A DNA stretch of 20,000 nt from IMG/VR virus record IMGVR_UViG_3300044724_003561; one strand, 5' to 3'. This document shows positions 19,114 through 20,000 of the stretch, piece by piece. Made by a program: the position numbers and the translations under genes. The stretch comes from an uncultured virus (IMG/VR IMGVR_UViG_3300044724_003561). Lineage: Duplodnaviria > Heunggongvirae > Uroviricota > Caudoviricetes. Each line of letters begins with the position of its first letter. The first letter of the stretch is position 1. The notes under the pieces are model-generated. The model was not told where the DNA came from, ran no database searches, and worked only from the letters and a program-made list of their open reading frames with translations.

Positions 19114-19758
19114 ATGAAATTAATTACCGAAGAAATATCAAACGCAGAATATATTGTAGAACAAAAGAATGGTAAGAAAAACTATTCTATCAAAGGTATA
19201 TTCATGCAATCCGATGTGAAAAATAGGAATGGAAGAGTCTATCCTAAAGAGATACTTCAAAAAGAAGTGTTTAGATATAATAGAGAGTTCATCAATAAAA
19301 GCAGAGCATTCGGCGAACTTGGTCATCCTGATGGCCCGACAGTAAATTTAGAAAGAGTTTCGCACATGATTAAGGCTCTATATCCTGAAGGCGCAAATTT
19401 TATAGGTGAAGCACGAATTTTAGATACCCCATATGGAAAAATAGTGAAAAGTTTAATTGACGAGGGTGCAAAATTAGGTGTTTCAAGTAGAGGAATGGGC
19501 ACACTTGCAAACGTAGGTGGTGCTAACATAGTCAAAGACGATTTTTATCTTGCAACCGCGGCTGATATAGTCGCAGACCCCAGCGCTCCAGACGCTTTCG
19601 TAGAAGGCATTATGGAAGGCAAAGAGTGGGTTTGGAATAATGGCGTTTTGAAAGAGCAAGAAGTAAACGAATTAAAGTTACAAGTAGAAAGTAAAGAGAG
19701 AATGGCAAGAGCAAATAAAAATGCTCAAGTATTTGAATCTTTTCTTAAAAAGCTGTAA
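19114..19758 (+). CDS. gp21: Prohead protease gp21
   Basis: MKLITE start, GIFMQ..KNRNGRVYP, catalytic His in GELGHP, Ser in GVSSRG, DIVADPSAPDAFV. Confidence 0.97.
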   Translation: MKLITEEISNAEYIVEQKNGKKNYSIKGIFMQSDVKNRNGRVYPKEILQKEVFRYNREFINKSRAFGELGHPDGPTVNLERVSHMIKALYPEGANFIGEARILDTPYGKIVKSLIDEGAKLGVSSRGMGTLANVGGANIVKDDFYLATAADIVADPSAPDAFVEGIMEGKEWVWNNGVLKEQEVNELKLQVESKERMARANKNAQVFESFLKKL

Positions 19759-19761
19759 TTT

Positions 19762-19769
19762 TATAAATA
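19762..19769 (+). promoter_or_regulatory. T4-type late promoter TATAAATA
   Basis: Exact consensus just after the gp21 stop, upstream of the putative gp22. Confidence 0.85.
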
Positions 19770-19778
19770 GTAATTGAC

Positions 19779-19796
19779 TCATTCCGAGAGGAGTGG
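19779..19796 (+). other. RNA hairpin with GAGA (GNRA) tetraloop in the gp21-gp22 intergenic region
   Basis: TCATTCC-GAGA-GGAGTGG forms a 7-bp stem that includes two G-U pairs. Confidence 0.6.
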
Positions 19797-19843
19797 TGCA
19801 TTTATTTTACAACAACAAGAAAAACTATTGAGGAGATAGAACG

Positions 19844-20000
19844 ATGGCTGACAATACTGTGGCAGATTTGCCAACAAAAAATGCAGCTCCAGCTGAACCA
19901 GCAAAGTCGTTACAGGCAACTGTACAACAAGTGATGAATAAAGCAATCACTTCACCGACTGACGCAAAAGTAGATTTCGCACAAGGGGTTAACCACATTA
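19844..20000 (+). CDS. gp22: Prohead core scaffold protein gp22 (5' fragment, runs off window)
   Basis: GAGGAG RBS, ATG 19844, frame open to the end (MADNTVADLPTKNAAPAEPAKSLQ...). The assignment rests mainly on its position after gp21. Confidence 0.7.
   Translation, partial: MADNTVADLPTKNAAPAEPAKSLQATVQQVMNKAITSPTDAKVDFAQGVNHI

Noticed and set aside
11759..19535. Short minus-strand ORFs within gp16-gp21
   Set aside because: They are antisense to well-conserved core genes and have no independent support.

Overview
AT-rich phage DNA containing the virion structural and packaging module of a T4-like myovirus. It resembles marine cyanophage/pelagiphage-type T4-like phages; the host is an inference only. 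All credible genes are on the + strand. The first ~9 kb is a fibre locus: the 3' part of a giant Thr/Ser/Asp/Gly-rich repeat protein (>2050 aa, starting upstream of the window), two small proteins (110 and 84 aa), and a 727-aa fibre with an Mtd_N-like N-terminus. The canonical T4 core order follows: gp13, gp14, gp15, gp16, gp17, gp18, gp19, gp20, then five small ORFs (one gp67-like, one 52-aa ORF missed by the ORF track), gp21 and the start of gp22. T4 late promoters (TATAAATA) sit at several gene junctions. The most interesting element is the fibre locus, which looks like a hierarchical fibre-adaptor-linker-fibre assembly built from shuffled repeat modules shared between two genes. That model is inference and needs structural testing.
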